A stretch of DNA of 64,000 nt from contig CBDFKD010000002.1 in assembly GCA_965248695.1 (NCBI GenBank), positions 3,136,001-3,200,000 on the forward strand. Reading direction: 5' to 3'. A program made the position numbers and the translations under genes. This document shows, piece after piece, positions 44,591 to 55,156 of this stretch. The notes under the pieces are model-generated. The model saw only the letters and a program-made list of their open reading frames with translations, made no database searches and was not told the DNA's origin. The DNA comes from Acidobacteriota bacterium. GTDB lineage: Bacteria; Acidobacteriota; UBA890; WLXD01. The number at the start of each line of letters is the position of its first letter. Positions within the stretch are counted from its first letter, which is position 1.

Positions 44591-45988
44591 TTAGGCATCA
44601 CCCGCGACGACGTTCGGAAGGCCAGCGAGCGCATCGAGATTTGACGCTGGGTGAACGCTACCCAGCGCCTGTTTCGGCTTGACGAAGAACGTCGCCACCC
44701 GCAGCTCACTACTCGTCGCCGACGTGGTCTGCTCCCACGCGACGATGCCGTTGGGGTCGTCGTCCAGGAAGGTGGAGCGATTGTCGGCGCGCAGCATCAG
44801 CATCTCCATCGTGTCGAGGTTGCCGCCATGCGACGCGATGGTCGTCTTCTTGCCGAAGGGCTTGGCGTTAGTGGCCATCTTCCGGTGAACGATGTTGCCA
44901 CCTCGCTCTGCAACAACTACCGGACCCAGGCTCTCCTTCGGAGCCTCGGCTCGGGCCGGTACCAAGAACGGGTCCGGGAGTGCCAAAAGGGCGGCAAATC
45001 CCTTGGAACTCGAGCCGGCGAAGACGAGACTGAGGTCACCTCCGGCCAGGTCGACCTGCCCGACATACGTGAAGGAAACGAGAGACCGGTTCTTTAGTCC
45101 GCTGACTGTGATGCCGAATAATCCGTCACTCCTCGTCTCGATGCGAGACGCGATGACAAGATCGAAACCGCCGTCATTACCCAATCTGTGGATCTCTTGA
45201 AACTGGTCTGTATCCGTATCACGGATCCCAAAGACCAAGTCCGTAGTTTCGGTATCGCGGTATAGCAGCATCTGGTACTGACCAGGACGGCCCGTCTCCG
45301 TCTTGAACTCACTGACATCGAGCACTTCCGCGCTGGGCACTAGGGCGACCGCTGGGGCTGTCTTGTATTTCTTGTCCTGCCGAAGTACGCGGGAAACCAG
45401 GGTAACAACCTTGGCCGCCCCCCTTCCCGCCACGCCGAACTGCGAGTAATATAGGGTAACGTCGACACCCTCGTCGTGTTCATCGACGAGCAGACGGGAC
45501 AGCCCGTTCAAGATCCCGTCCGAGACCAGCGTGCGCAGCTTACCCAGCTTCCCCTTTCTGCTGATCGTTCGGCTTTCCAGCGGGCCGCGTTGGAAGTCCG
45601 TCCAGACAACGAGGTACTCGCGCCGGTCGGGAATCCACGCTACCGCCGGCTCGTTGCGGAACGCCCCTTTGGCACTCAGCCGGTGCAGCGGCCCCGGCTC
45701 GTAGGTCGCCGTTGACCCGCGCCCCGAGCCTCCCTTTCTCGTAAGCAGGCGAGCACGTACCTCGCTGAGCTGAGCGGAGTCCGTGTGCGTCCACACGACG
45801 AGCACGTCGCCGTTGTCGGGATTGGCGGCCAGCTCCGGCAGCGTGTTCTGGAATTGCAGCCCATCGCTGATGACGCTGCCGTCGTCGGCTCCGCTGGCCT
45901 GGTGCCCGGAGCTATCGACCGGCTGCGCCTGTAGACCGATGCTTGCAGCAAGCAACGCCACCGTGACGATACGACCAGGGGCTTTCAT
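44591..45988 (-). CDS. Hypothetical exported protein (propeller-like P.LA...LVVW repeats)
   Basis: 465-aa ORF; signal peptide; GGAGG RBS upstream. Confidence 0.75.
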   Translation of the reverse strand: MKAPGRIVTVALLAASIGLQAQPVDSSGHQASGADDGSVISDGLQFQNTLPELAANPDNGDVLVVWTHTDSAQLSEVRARLLTRKGGSGRGSTATYEPGPLHRLSAKGAFRNEPAVAWIPDRREYLVVWTDFQRGPLESRTISRKGKLGKLRTLVSDGILNGLSRLLVDEHDEGVDVTLYYSQFGVAGRGAAKVVTLVSRVLRQDKKYKTAPAVALVPSAEVLDVSEFKTETGRPGQYQMLLYRDTETTDLVFGIRDTDTDQFQEIHRLGNDGGFDLVIASRIETRSDGLFGITVSGLKNRSLVSFTYVGQVDLAGGDLSLVFAGSSSKGFAALLALPDPFLVPARAEAPKESLGPVVVAERGGNIVHRKMATNAKPFGKKTTIASHGGNLDTMEMLMLRADNRSTFLDDDPNGIVAWEQTTSATSSELRVATFFVKPKQALGSVHPASNLDALAGLPNVVAGDA

Positions 45989-46182
45989 CGATGACCTCCG
46001 GCGAGTGCGTTTGCATCCAGGCGTCTCTACGAGCGCCAGGAGAGACTCAGCCTACAGGCGTGGCCTGGGTGTGAACACTCGCAGAGTCAGAACAGTCGGC
46101 ACGGTCGAGTCCTAGCCCCGCTGCCGCGCGCCTCCTTGCACCTCCTCCCGTTGTATTGGCTGTGCGATTCGGCAAGGATGGC

Positions 46183-47545
46183 GGATCCGGCCCGAGTCCT
46201 GTGGAAATAAAGATGGCGTAACCTCCGAGTAGGAAAAACACAAAGCCGCCACGAGCGGCAGGAGGCTACGCCGTGAAGCAGGTTAGCACGGAGGGAACCG
46301 GGCTCGTCGAGTTCCGGCAGGACGTACAGGCGCTGTTGCGCACCAGGATCCGCGAGGCGATCCAGATGACGCTTGACGAGGAGCTCACCGAGGCGCTGGG
46401 TTGCGACCGATACGAGCGCAACGGGCAGCGGCGAGGCTACCGCAACGGCAGCCAAAGGCGTCGGGTGACGACAGCCCAAGGGCTCCAGGAGCTGGACATA
46501 CCGCGGGGGCGCATCGTGGGGCAAGACGGCAGCACCCGAGAGTTCCGCAGCGCGATCCTGCCACGGTACGCACGGCGAGCCCGGCAGGTGGACGAGGCGA
46601 TCCTGGGAGCATACCTGGCGGGAGCCAACACCCGGCGGATCCGCAAGGCGCTCTCTCCGCTGCTGGGCAAGGCGCACCTGACCAAGAGCACGATCTCCAG
46701 GGTGGTGGGGCGCCTGAAGGCGTACTTCGAGCGCTGGAGACAGCGAGATGTGTCAGGCGAGCGGTACTGGATCCTGTATTTGGACGGGTTCCATCTGAAG
46801 GTCAGGCTGGCGAGGCGGGTCGTGTCGGCGCCGGTACTGGCGGTGCTCGGGGTCCAGCCCGACGGCCAGAAGGTGTTGGTAGCGTTGCAGTTGGCGGTCT
46901 CGGAGGCAGCGGTGCACTGGCAAGGACTGATCGAGTCGCTGGTGAGACGAGGGCTGCAGGCGCCGGAGGTGCTGATCGCCGACGGCCACAAGGGCCTGGC
47001 CAAGGCGATCGAGGTATGGCCCGATGTGTCGGTGCAGCGGTGCACACAACACAAGTGGAGCAACTTACGCGACCACTGCCCGGTTCATGCACGTGCGGAG
47101 ATGAAGCGGGACTGGGATGCGATCGTCCGGGCCGATGACGGCAACCAGGCCAGAGCCGCCTACGCCGCCTTCGTACGCAAGTGGTCGACCCTCGTGCCCG
47201 CCGTGGCCCGGAGCCTGCAGGAGGCCGGCTTGAACCTGCTGACTTTCTACCAGTTCCCGAAGCCGATGTGGAAGACGCTGCGCACCACCAACGCCCTCGA
47301 GAACCTGAACCGGGAGTTCCGTCGTCGTACCAAGACGCAGGGCTCGTTCTCGACCGAGGCCGCTGGGGTGACGTTGCTGTGGAGCCTGGTCGCCTTCGGC
47401 CAGATCCGCATGCGACGCATCGATGGCCACCGGTTCTTGGCTCAGCTCACGTGCGGCCCCGACAAACAGGCCGCCTAACCGATAGGATCATCCGTCGTCG
47501 CGGAGGAGACGCTCATCCAATTTCCACGACATTCGGGGCACATCC
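46183..47545 (+). mobile_element. IS256-family insertion sequence
   Basis: Imperfect ~40-bp terminal IRs (GGAT...CCCGA..GTGGAAAT...GATG..CGT..CCTCC) around the transposase; no target duplication seen. Confidence 0.85.
46273..47478 (+). CDS. IS256 family (Mutator) transposase
   Basis: GYRNG, IPRGR, YLDG, ADGHKGL, QRCTQH, RTTNALENLNREFRRRTK. Confidence 0.96.
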   Translation: MKQVSTEGTGLVEFRQDVQALLRTRIREAIQMTLDEELTEALGCDRYERNGQRRGYRNGSQRRRVTTAQGLQELDIPRGRIVGQDGSTREFRSAILPRYARRARQVDEAILGAYLAGANTRRIRKALSPLLGKAHLTKSTISRVVGRLKAYFERWRQRDVSGERYWILYLDGFHLKVRLARRVVSAPVLAVLGVQPDGQKVLVALQLAVSEAAVHWQGLIESLVRRGLQAPEVLIADGHKGLAKAIEVWPDVSVQRCTQHKWSNLRDHCPVHARAEMKRDWDAIVRADDGNQARAAYAAFVRKWSTLVPAVARSLQEAGLNLLTFYQFPKPMWKTLRTTNALENLNREFRRRTKTQGSFSTEAAGVTLLWSLVAFGQIRMRRIDGHRFLAQLTCGPDKQAA

Positions 47546-47712
47546 CCTGGGGCGGAGACGACTACACAGCTCACTGCGGCGGGCGTTCTTCTGGGCACCC
47601 CGGCGTTCGCGTCGCCCGAGCAGCTCCGAGGAGACCGGGACCTGGACGTCCGGTCCGATATCTACTCCGTCGGGGCCACCCTCTTCTGGTTGCTGACCGG
47701 GCGGCCACGCTC
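47546..47712 (+). pseudogene. Remnant of a Hanks-type Ser/Thr protein kinase (subdomains VIII-IX)
   Basis: Translates to QLTAAGVLLGTPAFASPEQLRGDRDLDVRSDIYSVGATLFWLLTGRP. Confidence 0.8.
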
Positions 47713-47921
47713 TTTAGATTCAATAAGTTATAGCCAGTCACTCTGGACACTTCCGTGTAGGGGGTCGGTATGGGGGTCGGCGAGTGACTTACGGATCGAC
47801 GTTGTTGGTGCCGGCTACGCTCCGCTCCGCCGGCTCCAACAATCTCTTGTCAGCACAGATTCTATGAGTTACGAAGTGGCCTCAACACTTGGGGCAGGTC
47901 ATAGGAGCCTAAGAAGAGGGC

Positions 47922-47954
47922 GGGGTCGGAGGTTCAAATCCTCTTACCCCGACT
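47922..47954 (+). repeat. Duplicated tRNA-Pro 3' end (attR-like)
   Basis: GGGGTCGGAGGTTCAAATCCTCTTACCCCGACT, two mismatches to 41389-41421. Confidence 0.85.
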
Positions 47955-48074
47955 CAACAAGCGGTTTCCGCGGGCGGAGATCTGGCCTGACGGACGAGCC
48001 TACCGGGCGCGCGCGCGCCCGACGGCGGCGGTCCCGAGAGCGCGAACGCTTCAAATCACAAGGGAGGAGGGCCC

Positions 48075-49058
48075 ATGTTTGTCCCAGAAACGTTTGCCAT
48101 CGCCATGGTGATGATGATCACGAGCACCGTGTGTTGGGGTTCGTGGGCAAACACGTCCAAGCTCACCACGGACTACCGATTCGAGCTGTTCTACTGGGAC
48201 TATGCGCTCGGCATCTTTCTCGTCTCCCTGATCCTCGCCTTCACCATGGGCTCGACCGGCGGCGAGGGCGAGGGTTTTCTGGCCAATGTGGCGGTCGCCG
48301 ACCGGGGCAACATCGTCTCGGCCCTGATCGGCGGGTTCATCTTCAACATCGCGAATCTGCTTCTTGTCGCTGGCATCGACCTCGCAGGCCTGGCAGTGGC
48401 TTTCCCGGTTTCGATCGGTATCGCTCTGGTCGTCGGAGTCGTCATGAGTTACGCCATCCAGCCGGTTGGCGATCCGATGCTCCTTGGCCTCGGCGTGGCC
48501 CTCGCGATCATCGCGGTGATCCTGATCGGCAAGGCGTACGGCCGCCTCGCAACCGATGGTGAGGCGGTCTCCCGCAGGAGCCTGATGATCTGTGTGATCT
48601 CGGGGCTCCTGATGGGCTCCTTCGCGCCGTTCGTGACCAGTGCACTCACCGCAGGACATCCCTTGAGTCCTTACAGCATCGCCGTGTTCTTCACCCTCGG
48701 CGCTCTTCTCTGCTGTTTTGTGGTCAACGTGTATTTCATGAAGAAGCCCCTGGTCGGGACACCGGTCAATTTCTCGGGCTTCTTCTCGGCCGGCCCCAGA
48801 AACCATGCGCTCGGAATTCTGGGTGGCTTCATCTGGGGTACCGGCACGGTGTTCAACTTCGTCGCGGCGAGCCTCGTCGGCGTGCCGATCTCGTATGCCG
48901 TCGGTCAGGCAGCCCCGATGGTGGCGGCGACCTGGGGGGTCTTCGTATGGCATGAATTCAAGGGCGCGGACAAGAAGGCGAAGCAATACCTCACGTTCAT
49001 GTTCCTCTTCTACATTCTCGCGCTGGTCGCCATCGCGAGCGCCTACAACGCGGGCTAG
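48075..49058 (+). CDS. GRP/ureide-permease-like sugar transporter (DMT superfamily), probably ribose uptake
   Basis: CWGSWAN, FELFYWDY, ten TM, WGVFVWHEF; directly upstream of ribokinase. Confidence 0.82.
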   Translation: MFVPETFAIAMVMMITSTVCWGSWANTSKLTTDYRFELFYWDYALGIFLVSLILAFTMGSTGGEGEGFLANVAVADRGNIVSALIGGFIFNIANLLLVAGIDLAGLAVAFPVSIGIALVVGVVMSYAIQPVGDPMLLGLGVALAIIAVILIGKAYGRLATDGEAVSRRSLMICVISGLLMGSFAPFVTSALTAGHPLSPYSIAVFFTLGALLCCFVVNVYFMKKPLVGTPVNFSGFFSAGPRNHALGILGGFIWGTGTVFNFVAASLVGVPISYAVGQAAPMVAATWGVFVWHEFKGADKKAKQYLTFMFLFYILALVAIASAYNAG

Positions 49059-49060
49059 AT

Positions 49061-49993
49061 ATGACAAAGACTTCTCATGTCGCCGTCGTCGGCAGCGCCA
49101 ACATCGATCTCACGACCTTCAACGACCGCTGGCCCCGCGGCGGCGAGACCATCTTCGGCGAGAGCTTCGACATCGGCTTCGGCGGCAAAGGCGCCAACCA
49201 GGCCGTGGCGGCCAAGCTCTGCGGCGCCGACGTTTCGATGGTCGCCTGCGTCGGCAACGATCTGTTCGGACCCTCGACGGTCGAGAACTTCGAAGCCCAG
49301 GGCATCAACGCCGACCACGTCCAGATCGTCGAGGGAATCTCGAGCGGCGTGGCACCTATTTTCGTGGACACGGCCTCGGGTCAAAACCGGATCCTGGTCG
49401 TTCCGGGAGCCAACAACAAGGTGCTCCCGGCCACGGTCGATGCGGCCTCGGAACTGCTCAAGACAGCGGACTGCATCGTCCTTCAGTTCGAGATTCCGCT
49501 CGAGACCGTCTACTACGCGATTCGCTTTGCCCACGAGAACGGCATCCGCTGCATTCTCAACCCGGCACCGGGCCAGGCGGTCGATATGGAGCAGGTCGCG
49601 AAACTCGATTACTTCGTGCCCAACGAGACCGAGGCTGAAGCGGTCACTGGCATTGAGGTCAAGAGCGTCGACGACGCCAAGCGCTGCGCCGAGAAGCTAC
49701 TCGGAGCCGGCATCAAGCGCGTCATCATCACCCTCGGTTCGATGGGCTCTCTCCTCGCAGGCGCGGAAGGCATGGAGCACGTTCCGGCCTTCGAAGTGAA
49801 CGCGGTCGACACCACCGGAGCGGGTGACGCTTTCATCGGCAGCTTCTCGGTATTCCTTGGCGAAGGTCTGGATGAAATGGGGGCCGTGAGACGGGCGAAT
49901 CTCTACGCCGGCCTCTCGACGACGGGCGTGGGCACCCAGAAGTCGTTCTTGAATCGAGCCGCTTTCGACGCTGCGTGGGCCGAACGGAAGTGA
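49061..49993 (+). CDS. rbsK: Ribokinase
   Basis: VVGSANID, GGKGANQA, NPAP, PNETE, DTTGAGDAF. Confidence 0.93.
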   Translation: MTKTSHVAVVGSANIDLTTFNDRWPRGGETIFGESFDIGFGGKGANQAVAAKLCGADVSMVACVGNDLFGPSTVENFEAQGINADHVQIVEGISSGVAPIFVDTASGQNRILVVPGANNKVLPATVDAASELLKTADCIVLQFEIPLETVYYAIRFAHENGIRCILNPAPGQAVDMEQVAKLDYFVPNETEAEAVTGIEVKSVDDAKRCAEKLLGAGIKRVIITLGSMGSLLAGAEGMEHVPAFEVNAVDTTGAGDAFIGSFSVFLGEGLDEMGAVRRANLYAGLSTTGVGTQKSFLNRAAFDAAWAERK

Positions 49994-49994
49994 A

Positions 49995-51056
49995 TTACGG
50001 CTGCGCCGGAGGCCGCCGCATAAGCTCGACAAACAACCTCTCGAAACGCTCCAAGTCGATGTCCGTTTGCACCGTCCAGGTGTTGCCGGCAAACCACGGC
50101 TCGGTGCCATCGGATGTCCAGACCGTCTTGCCATAGCTCGGTCCCGGCAGGTAGTCCACGTCTAGCCGCAGCTCTTCGGTCTCGGTGATGATTCCGGGAT
50201 CGATTATCGCGGCCGCGGCCAGCTCGTCACACATATAGCTATAGCCACGGTCCAACTCGAGATAGCTCACCCGCAGGAACTCCGCCAGCGGCGTGCCCGC
50301 ATCCGCGATCTGCTCGATCATCTCTTTGGTCATGTAGGTCTTCGGACAGACGTCGATCGGCGTCAGGTGCCGTTCCTTCCAGGGCGCGCGAACGTGAATG
50401 AACGCCGCTTCAGCGTCCCACCAGAAGTTGAATCGCTGATTGGTGTGGATGTGTCCGCCCATGGTGTAGACGGCTTTGATCTTGTCGACGATGTCGGGCG
50501 CCAGGCGAATCGCGAGCGCTATGTTCGTGAGCGGTCCCGCCGTGTGGAGTACCAGCTCACCCGGATACCTTCGAGCCATCTCGATCAGGAGCTCAGCAGC
50601 GGTCTTGTCGACCACTCTCAGCTTGACCGGGCCTCCGGGCTCTTGGTCGATAACTTCCCTGGGGTCCACCCACTCGCCCCAGTTGCCGTGCCAACCGTCA
50701 CCGCCCTTGTCGCCCCAGAGCTCTTCGCGTCGCTTCATCATCTCTTGCGAGTTCAAAAGCGGCACTTCCGAGCCCGCCGCGACCGGCACCTGTGTCTGGC
50801 CTGTCAACTCGACGATCTTGAGTGTGTGATAGACGGCCTGATCGAGCCACGCATCGCCGGCTACCACGCCGATACCGACGACCTCGATGTTGGGCGCCTG
50901 CAGCAGCATGGCGATCGAAACCGAGTCCGTCCCAGCCGGGCCGGACGTGTCCTGATCGATGAAAACCTTGACACGCTCGTGATCGTCGGCACGAACCGGA
51001 GCCGTAGGTGCGAAAACCAACCCGATCGCCAGGCAAGAAAGTGCGAAACGACACAT
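49995..51056 (-). CDS. Exported nucleoside hydrolase (IUNH family)
   Basis: Signal peptide; IDQDTSGPAGTD, GPLTNIALA, MGG, FNFWWDAEAA. Confidence 0.88.
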   Translation of the reverse strand: MCRFALSCLAIGLVFAPTAPVRADDHERVKVFIDQDTSGPAGTDSVSIAMLLQAPNIEVVGIGVVAGDAWLDQAVYHTLKIVELTGQTQVPVAAGSEVPLLNSQEMMKRREELWGDKGGDGWHGNWGEWVDPREVIDQEPGGPVKLRVVDKTAAELLIEMARRYPGELVLHTAGPLTNIALAIRLAPDIVDKIKAVYTMGGHIHTNQRFNFWWDAEAAFIHVRAPWKERHLTPIDVCPKTYMTKEMIEQIADAGTPLAEFLRVSYLELDRGYSYMCDELAAAAIIDPGIITETEELRLDVDYLPGPSYGKTVWTSDGTEPWFAGNTWTVQTDIDLERFERLFVELMRRPPAQP

Positions 51057-51159
51057 GGAGCTTCTCCTGTCTCCGCCGTTGAGCCGCGAGTGCATCGCGG
51101 CCTTTCTTGAGGCGGCCGCATAATTCGCTCGCGAGAATGCATGATGGAACCCGGTCCGG

Positions 51160-52365
51160 CTAGCCGAGCTTCCTGAGGATCATGCACTTCAGGTAGCGGC
51201 TCTCGGGCATACCGATGCGAATCGGGTGATCGCTACTCTGGCCCCCCCGATGCACGAGGATCAGCTCGGCTCGCACATCAGCGGCCGCCTGCTCGATCAA
51301 TTCCAGGAAATCTGCCTCGCTGATGTGATAGGAGCAGCTCGAAGTCACCAGGTAGCCGCCGGGCCGCAGCAGCTTGAGGGCACGCAGGTTGATCTCCTTG
51401 TAGCCACCGCGCGCACTTTCTACCGCCGCCTTGTTCTTGGCGAACGCCGGCGGATCGAGCACGATCGTGTCGAAGCTTTCTCCGCGATCGACGAGCTCGC
51501 GTAGGTGATCGAAGACGTTGACGGCTCGCGCGTCGATGCTGGCCTCGTTGATGGCGGCGTTGCGCTCGATCGCCGCTACTGCTTCTTCGGAAATGTCGAG
51601 CGCCACCACCTCGTCACAGCTTGGAGCGAGCTGCAGCGCGAAGGCTCCCTGGTAGCTGAAGCAATCCAGTAGCCGTCCGCGGGCAACGGTGGCGGCAGCG
51701 GCGCGATTCTCCCGCTGATCAAGAAACAGACCGGTCTTCTGGCCGCCGTGGAGATCGACTTCCAGCTGCGCCTGGCCGTCGCGGATCTGCACGCGATCTG
51801 GAATCTCGCCATGCACAACATCCACACGGCGCTCCAACCCCTCGAGCGTACGTACCCGTCCATCGTTGCGCGCCAGGACGCCGGCCGGCGACAGGAGATC
51901 CACCAGCAACTCGACGATCTCGTCGGTGCGGCGGTCGATGCCCTGGGCGAGCGTCTGCACCACCAAATAGTCGCCGTAGCGGTCGACGATCAGCGCCGGC
52001 AGCCAATCAGCTTCGGCGTGCACCAGCCGGTAGGCGTCGGCGTCGATCTCGAGCGCCTGGCGGTAGTCGATCGCCGCCTGCAGGCGCTCGCGCCACAGCC
52101 GCAGATCCGGCCGCGGTCCGCGATCACAGAAGCGGCGTAGCGCGATCTGCGACGCGTCGCTATAGAGCGCGTAGCCGACGTCACGGCCGCGCGGTCCCCT
52201 AACGCGAACGAGATCTCCGGACGCCGCTTTGATCTCGTGCAGATCGCTACGGTAGATCCACGGGTGCGACCCGTTGGCACGGCGGGCGCCTCGACGGGTA
52301 AGCACGACCTGAGGCTGCGTCGGCGTCTCGACGTGGGTTTCGCTCTCGGCGCTCGGCTCGACCAT
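51160..52365 (-). CDS. RlmI-like class I SAM-dependent rRNA methyltransferase with PUA domain
   Basis: HPWIY, HAEAD.LP.LIVDRY, GQKTGLFLDQRENR, LDPPAF, SSCS. Confidence 0.92.
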   Translation of the reverse strand: MVEPSAESETHVETPTQPQVVLTRRGARRANGSHPWIYRSDLHEIKAASGDLVRVRGPRGRDVGYALYSDASQIALRRFCDRGPRPDLRLWRERLQAAIDYRQALEIDADAYRLVHAEADWLPALIVDRYGDYLVVQTLAQGIDRRTDEIVELLVDLLSPAGVLARNDGRVRTLEGLERRVDVVHGEIPDRVQIRDGQAQLEVDLHGGQKTGLFLDQRENRAAAATVARGRLLDCFSYQGAFALQLAPSCDEVVALDISEEAVAAIERNAAINEASIDARAVNVFDHLRELVDRGESFDTIVLDPPAFAKNKAAVESARGGYKEINLRALKLLRPGGYLVTSSCSYHISEADFLELIEQAAADVRAELILVHRGGQSSDHPIRIGMPESRYLKCMILRKLG

Positions 52366-52440
52366 GATGGCGCCACACTAGCACCCCCGGCGAACGCGAC
52401 TTCACACGTTGTCGGGCGACGCGTTGCCGGGATCGAAACG

Positions 52441-55152
52441 CTACTCGGATCGCAGTGCCTGAACCGGATCCACCCGTGACGCCCCTCGCGCCGGGAGCCA
52501 GTTCGCCACCAGAGCTGTGACTAGCAACAGGGCGATGCCACCACCGAACGCAACCGGGTCGAGCGGGCTGATGCCGAAGAGTAGGCTGCGCAGGAAACGC
52601 GTCAGCAGCAAAGCGAGGACGAGGCCCATGCCGAGCCCGATCAACGGAGCGCGCATCCCCTGCCCGACCATCAAGCGGCGCACGTCGGAGACATCGGCGC
52701 CGAGCGCCATTCGCACGCCGATCTCGCGCGTGCGCTGGCCGGCGACCTGCGCGGTGACCCCGTACATGCCCACCGCCGCCAGCAACATGGCTACGATCCC
52801 CAGCAATCCACCGACGATGGCGGCAACGCGCTGCGGGAGGTAGGCGATCTCGACGTACTCCCGTAGCGACAGCACCTGTAACACGGGCATGTCCGGGGCC
52901 AACTCGTGCGCGAAGCTCCGTACCTGTGCCAGCGCGAGCTGCGGTGTCTCCGTCAGGCGCACCAGCAAGTTGGTCTGCGGTCGGTAGGCCTGGGCGACGG
53001 GGAGGTAAACGAAGAACTCCGGATCCTCGGTCAGGGAGGCGTATTTCGCGTCTGCAGCCACGCCGCGGACGGTGTACATGGCGCCTCCCATGTCGAACTC
53101 CTGTCCCGGCGCTTGCCGGCCGGGCCAGAAAAACTCGGCCGTGCGGGCATTGATGACCGCCATGGAAAGCGTTCCATCGATGTCGCCATCATCGAAGTCT
53201 CCGCCCTGCACCAGCGGCATGTCGACGGTCTCGAAGTAGCCGGGCGATACGATGTTGACGTTCGCTGGCCAGGCGCCGTCGTCAACAGGCGGATCGACAC
53301 CGTCGACGGTGATGCCGCCAAACCCGATCCTGGCGCTGAGCCCGAGCGGCAGCAGCGCCGTGAACGACGCCGCCTCCACACCGGGGAGCCCCAGAGTGCG
53401 TCGGCGAAGCTCCCGCAGCATATCCAGCGCCTCCGTCGGCTCGAGTCCACTGAGGTTTCCGTTCAGCGCCAGCGCATAGACATCCGTCGGGTCGAAGCCG
53501 ATCTGAATCGAAGCCGCGTCGTTCAGTGCCCGCAAGAAGAGCCCCGAGCCGACGATCAACAGCACCGTCAACGCGACCTGAGCTACGACCAGCGCCCGGC
53601 GCCCGCGCGCGCGGTCGGTAACCACCCAGCTGCCGCCGTCCTTGAGCGCACCGACCAGCTCGCCGCGGGAGGCACGCAGTGCCGGTCCGAGACCGAACAA
53701 CACGCCGGTGAGCACGGTGACGGCGAGCGAGAAGCCCAGCACGCGGGCGTCGATCGATGCGTCGAACACCACGTCGAAGGGCGGTGGCGTCGGAGGATCG
53801 AACGCCAGCAGCAGCCGTGTGGACCAGAACGCCGCCAGCACGCCGACGGCGCCACCTGCACCGAACAGCACCAGGTTTTCGGTGAGCAACTGGCGCAGCA
53901 ATCGGCCGCGGCTGGCGCCCACCGCAAGTCGGACGGCCACCTCGCGCCCGCGCTCCAGTGAGCGGGCCAGCATCATGCCGGCCACGTTGACGCAGGCAAC
54001 CAACAGCACCAGACCGACAACCACCATCATCACGAGCATGAAGATGCGGGCACCGGAGCGCGCCATAACCGGCAAGGTGCCGAGCACGTTGACCACCGCC
54101 CCCTGGCCCTCCAGGGCCTCCGGATGCTCAGCGACCGCAGCCGCCATGATCTCGCCAAGCTCGGCTTGGGACGCTTCGATAGAGAAGTCGTCTCTCAGCT
54201 TGCCCACCGCGAGCAGGAAGTTGCTCGGCCAGCTCTCGAGCGACGCGTCGGTAATCAGACCCGACGCCTGCATCCCTATCGGCACCCAGGCGTCGACATG
54301 CAGCAACGAGAACGTTCCGGCGAATCCCGCTTCGGCGATGCCGACGACAACCGCCGGAACGCCGTTGATACGAACCTCACGCCCGACGACTTCGGGGTCG
54401 CGCTGATAGCGGCGCGCCCACAACGAATCGCTGATCACGACCAGCGCGACGCCGCTCCCGGGGCCCGTCTCCTCCGGTCTGAAGGCGCGCCCCTGGGTGA
54501 GCTGAACACCGAGCACGTCGAAGTAGTTGTCGGTCACCTGGGCGCCCAGCACCGCCTCGGCCGCGGATCCGCCGCCGATGGCCATCGGTGCCAGTGTCCA
54601 GCCGGCGATCTCGGTCGTGCGACTGCCGGTCCGGAGAGCATCGAGGGACGGGTAGCCGAAGGTGTCGGAATCGCGCCCGTCCTGACTCCGACCGACCTCG
54701 AGGAGACACTCAGGCTCGGCTACGCCCGGCAGCGGGCGCAGCAGGATACCGTTCGCCAGACTGAAGATCGTCGTGTTGGCGCCGACGCCGACGGCGACGC
54801 ACAGAACCGCGGCCACGGTAAATCCAGGGCTCGCCGCCAGCCGCCGCACGGCGTATCTGAGATCACTCGACAGCGGGTCCACGCTGTACTCCTTCGAGTC
54901 GGCGACGGTGATTTTCGGTGACGTCAGCGATCGTCGGGTCGAGCCCGATGACGTGAGGTATCGGCGCGTCTGTCGCAGCGATCCGAGAACGTGCCGCCAG
55001 TACCAGAGCCGGGCGCGGAGCCAGCCACGTCGCGGTAGCACGTCGCGGCGGAACTCCTCTTCGATGTCGCCAAGCACGAACTCGTGGGCGTCGGGCCGCG
55101 CTAGCAGACGGAACAGCAGACGGACGATCCGGTTGCTCGATCGGGGTCGCAA
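52441..55152 (-). CDS. Duplicated orphan ABC permease (ADOP, MacB/FtsX x2)
   Basis: GDIEEEF prefix; DLRYAVRRL; two FtsX halves (REVAVRLAVGA, REIGVRMALGA); PARGASRVDP. Confidence 0.92.
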   Translation of the reverse strand: MRPRSSNRIVRLLFRLLARPDAHEFVLGDIEEEFRRDVLPRRGWLRARLWYWRHVLGSLRQTRRYLTSSGSTRRSLTSPKITVADSKEYSVDPLSSDLRYAVRRLAASPGFTVAAVLCVAVGVGANTTIFSLANGILLRPLPGVAEPECLLEVGRSQDGRDSDTFGYPSLDALRTGSRTTEIAGWTLAPMAIGGGSAAEAVLGAQVTDNYFDVLGVQLTQGRAFRPEETGPGSGVALVVISDSLWARRYQRDPEVVGREVRINGVPAVVVGIAEAGFAGTFSLLHVDAWVPIGMQASGLITDASLESWPSNFLLAVGKLRDDFSIEASQAELGEIMAAAVAEHPEALEGQGAVVNVLGTLPVMARSGARIFMLVMMVVVGLVLLVACVNVAGMMLARSLERGREVAVRLAVGASRGRLLRQLLTENLVLFGAGGAVGVLAAFWSTRLLLAFDPPTPPPFDVVFDASIDARVLGFSLAVTVLTGVLFGLGPALRASRGELVGALKDGGSWVVTDRARGRRALVVAQVALTVLLIVGSGLFLRALNDAASIQIGFDPTDVYALALNGNLSGLEPTEALDMLRELRRRTLGLPGVEAASFTALLPLGLSARIGFGGITVDGVDPPVDDGAWPANVNIVSPGYFETVDMPLVQGGDFDDGDIDGTLSMAVINARTAEFFWPGRQAPGQEFDMGGAMYTVRGVAADAKYASLTEDPEFFVYLPVAQAYRPQTNLLVRLTETPQLALAQVRSFAHELAPDMPVLQVLSLREYVEIAYLPQRVAAIVGGLLGIVAMLLAAVGMYGVTAQVAGQRTREIGVRMALGADVSDVRRLMVGQGMRAPLIGLGMGLVLALLLTRFLRSLLFGISPLDPVAFGGGIALLLVTALVANWLPARGASRVDPVQALRSE

Positions 55153-55156
55153 GGGG

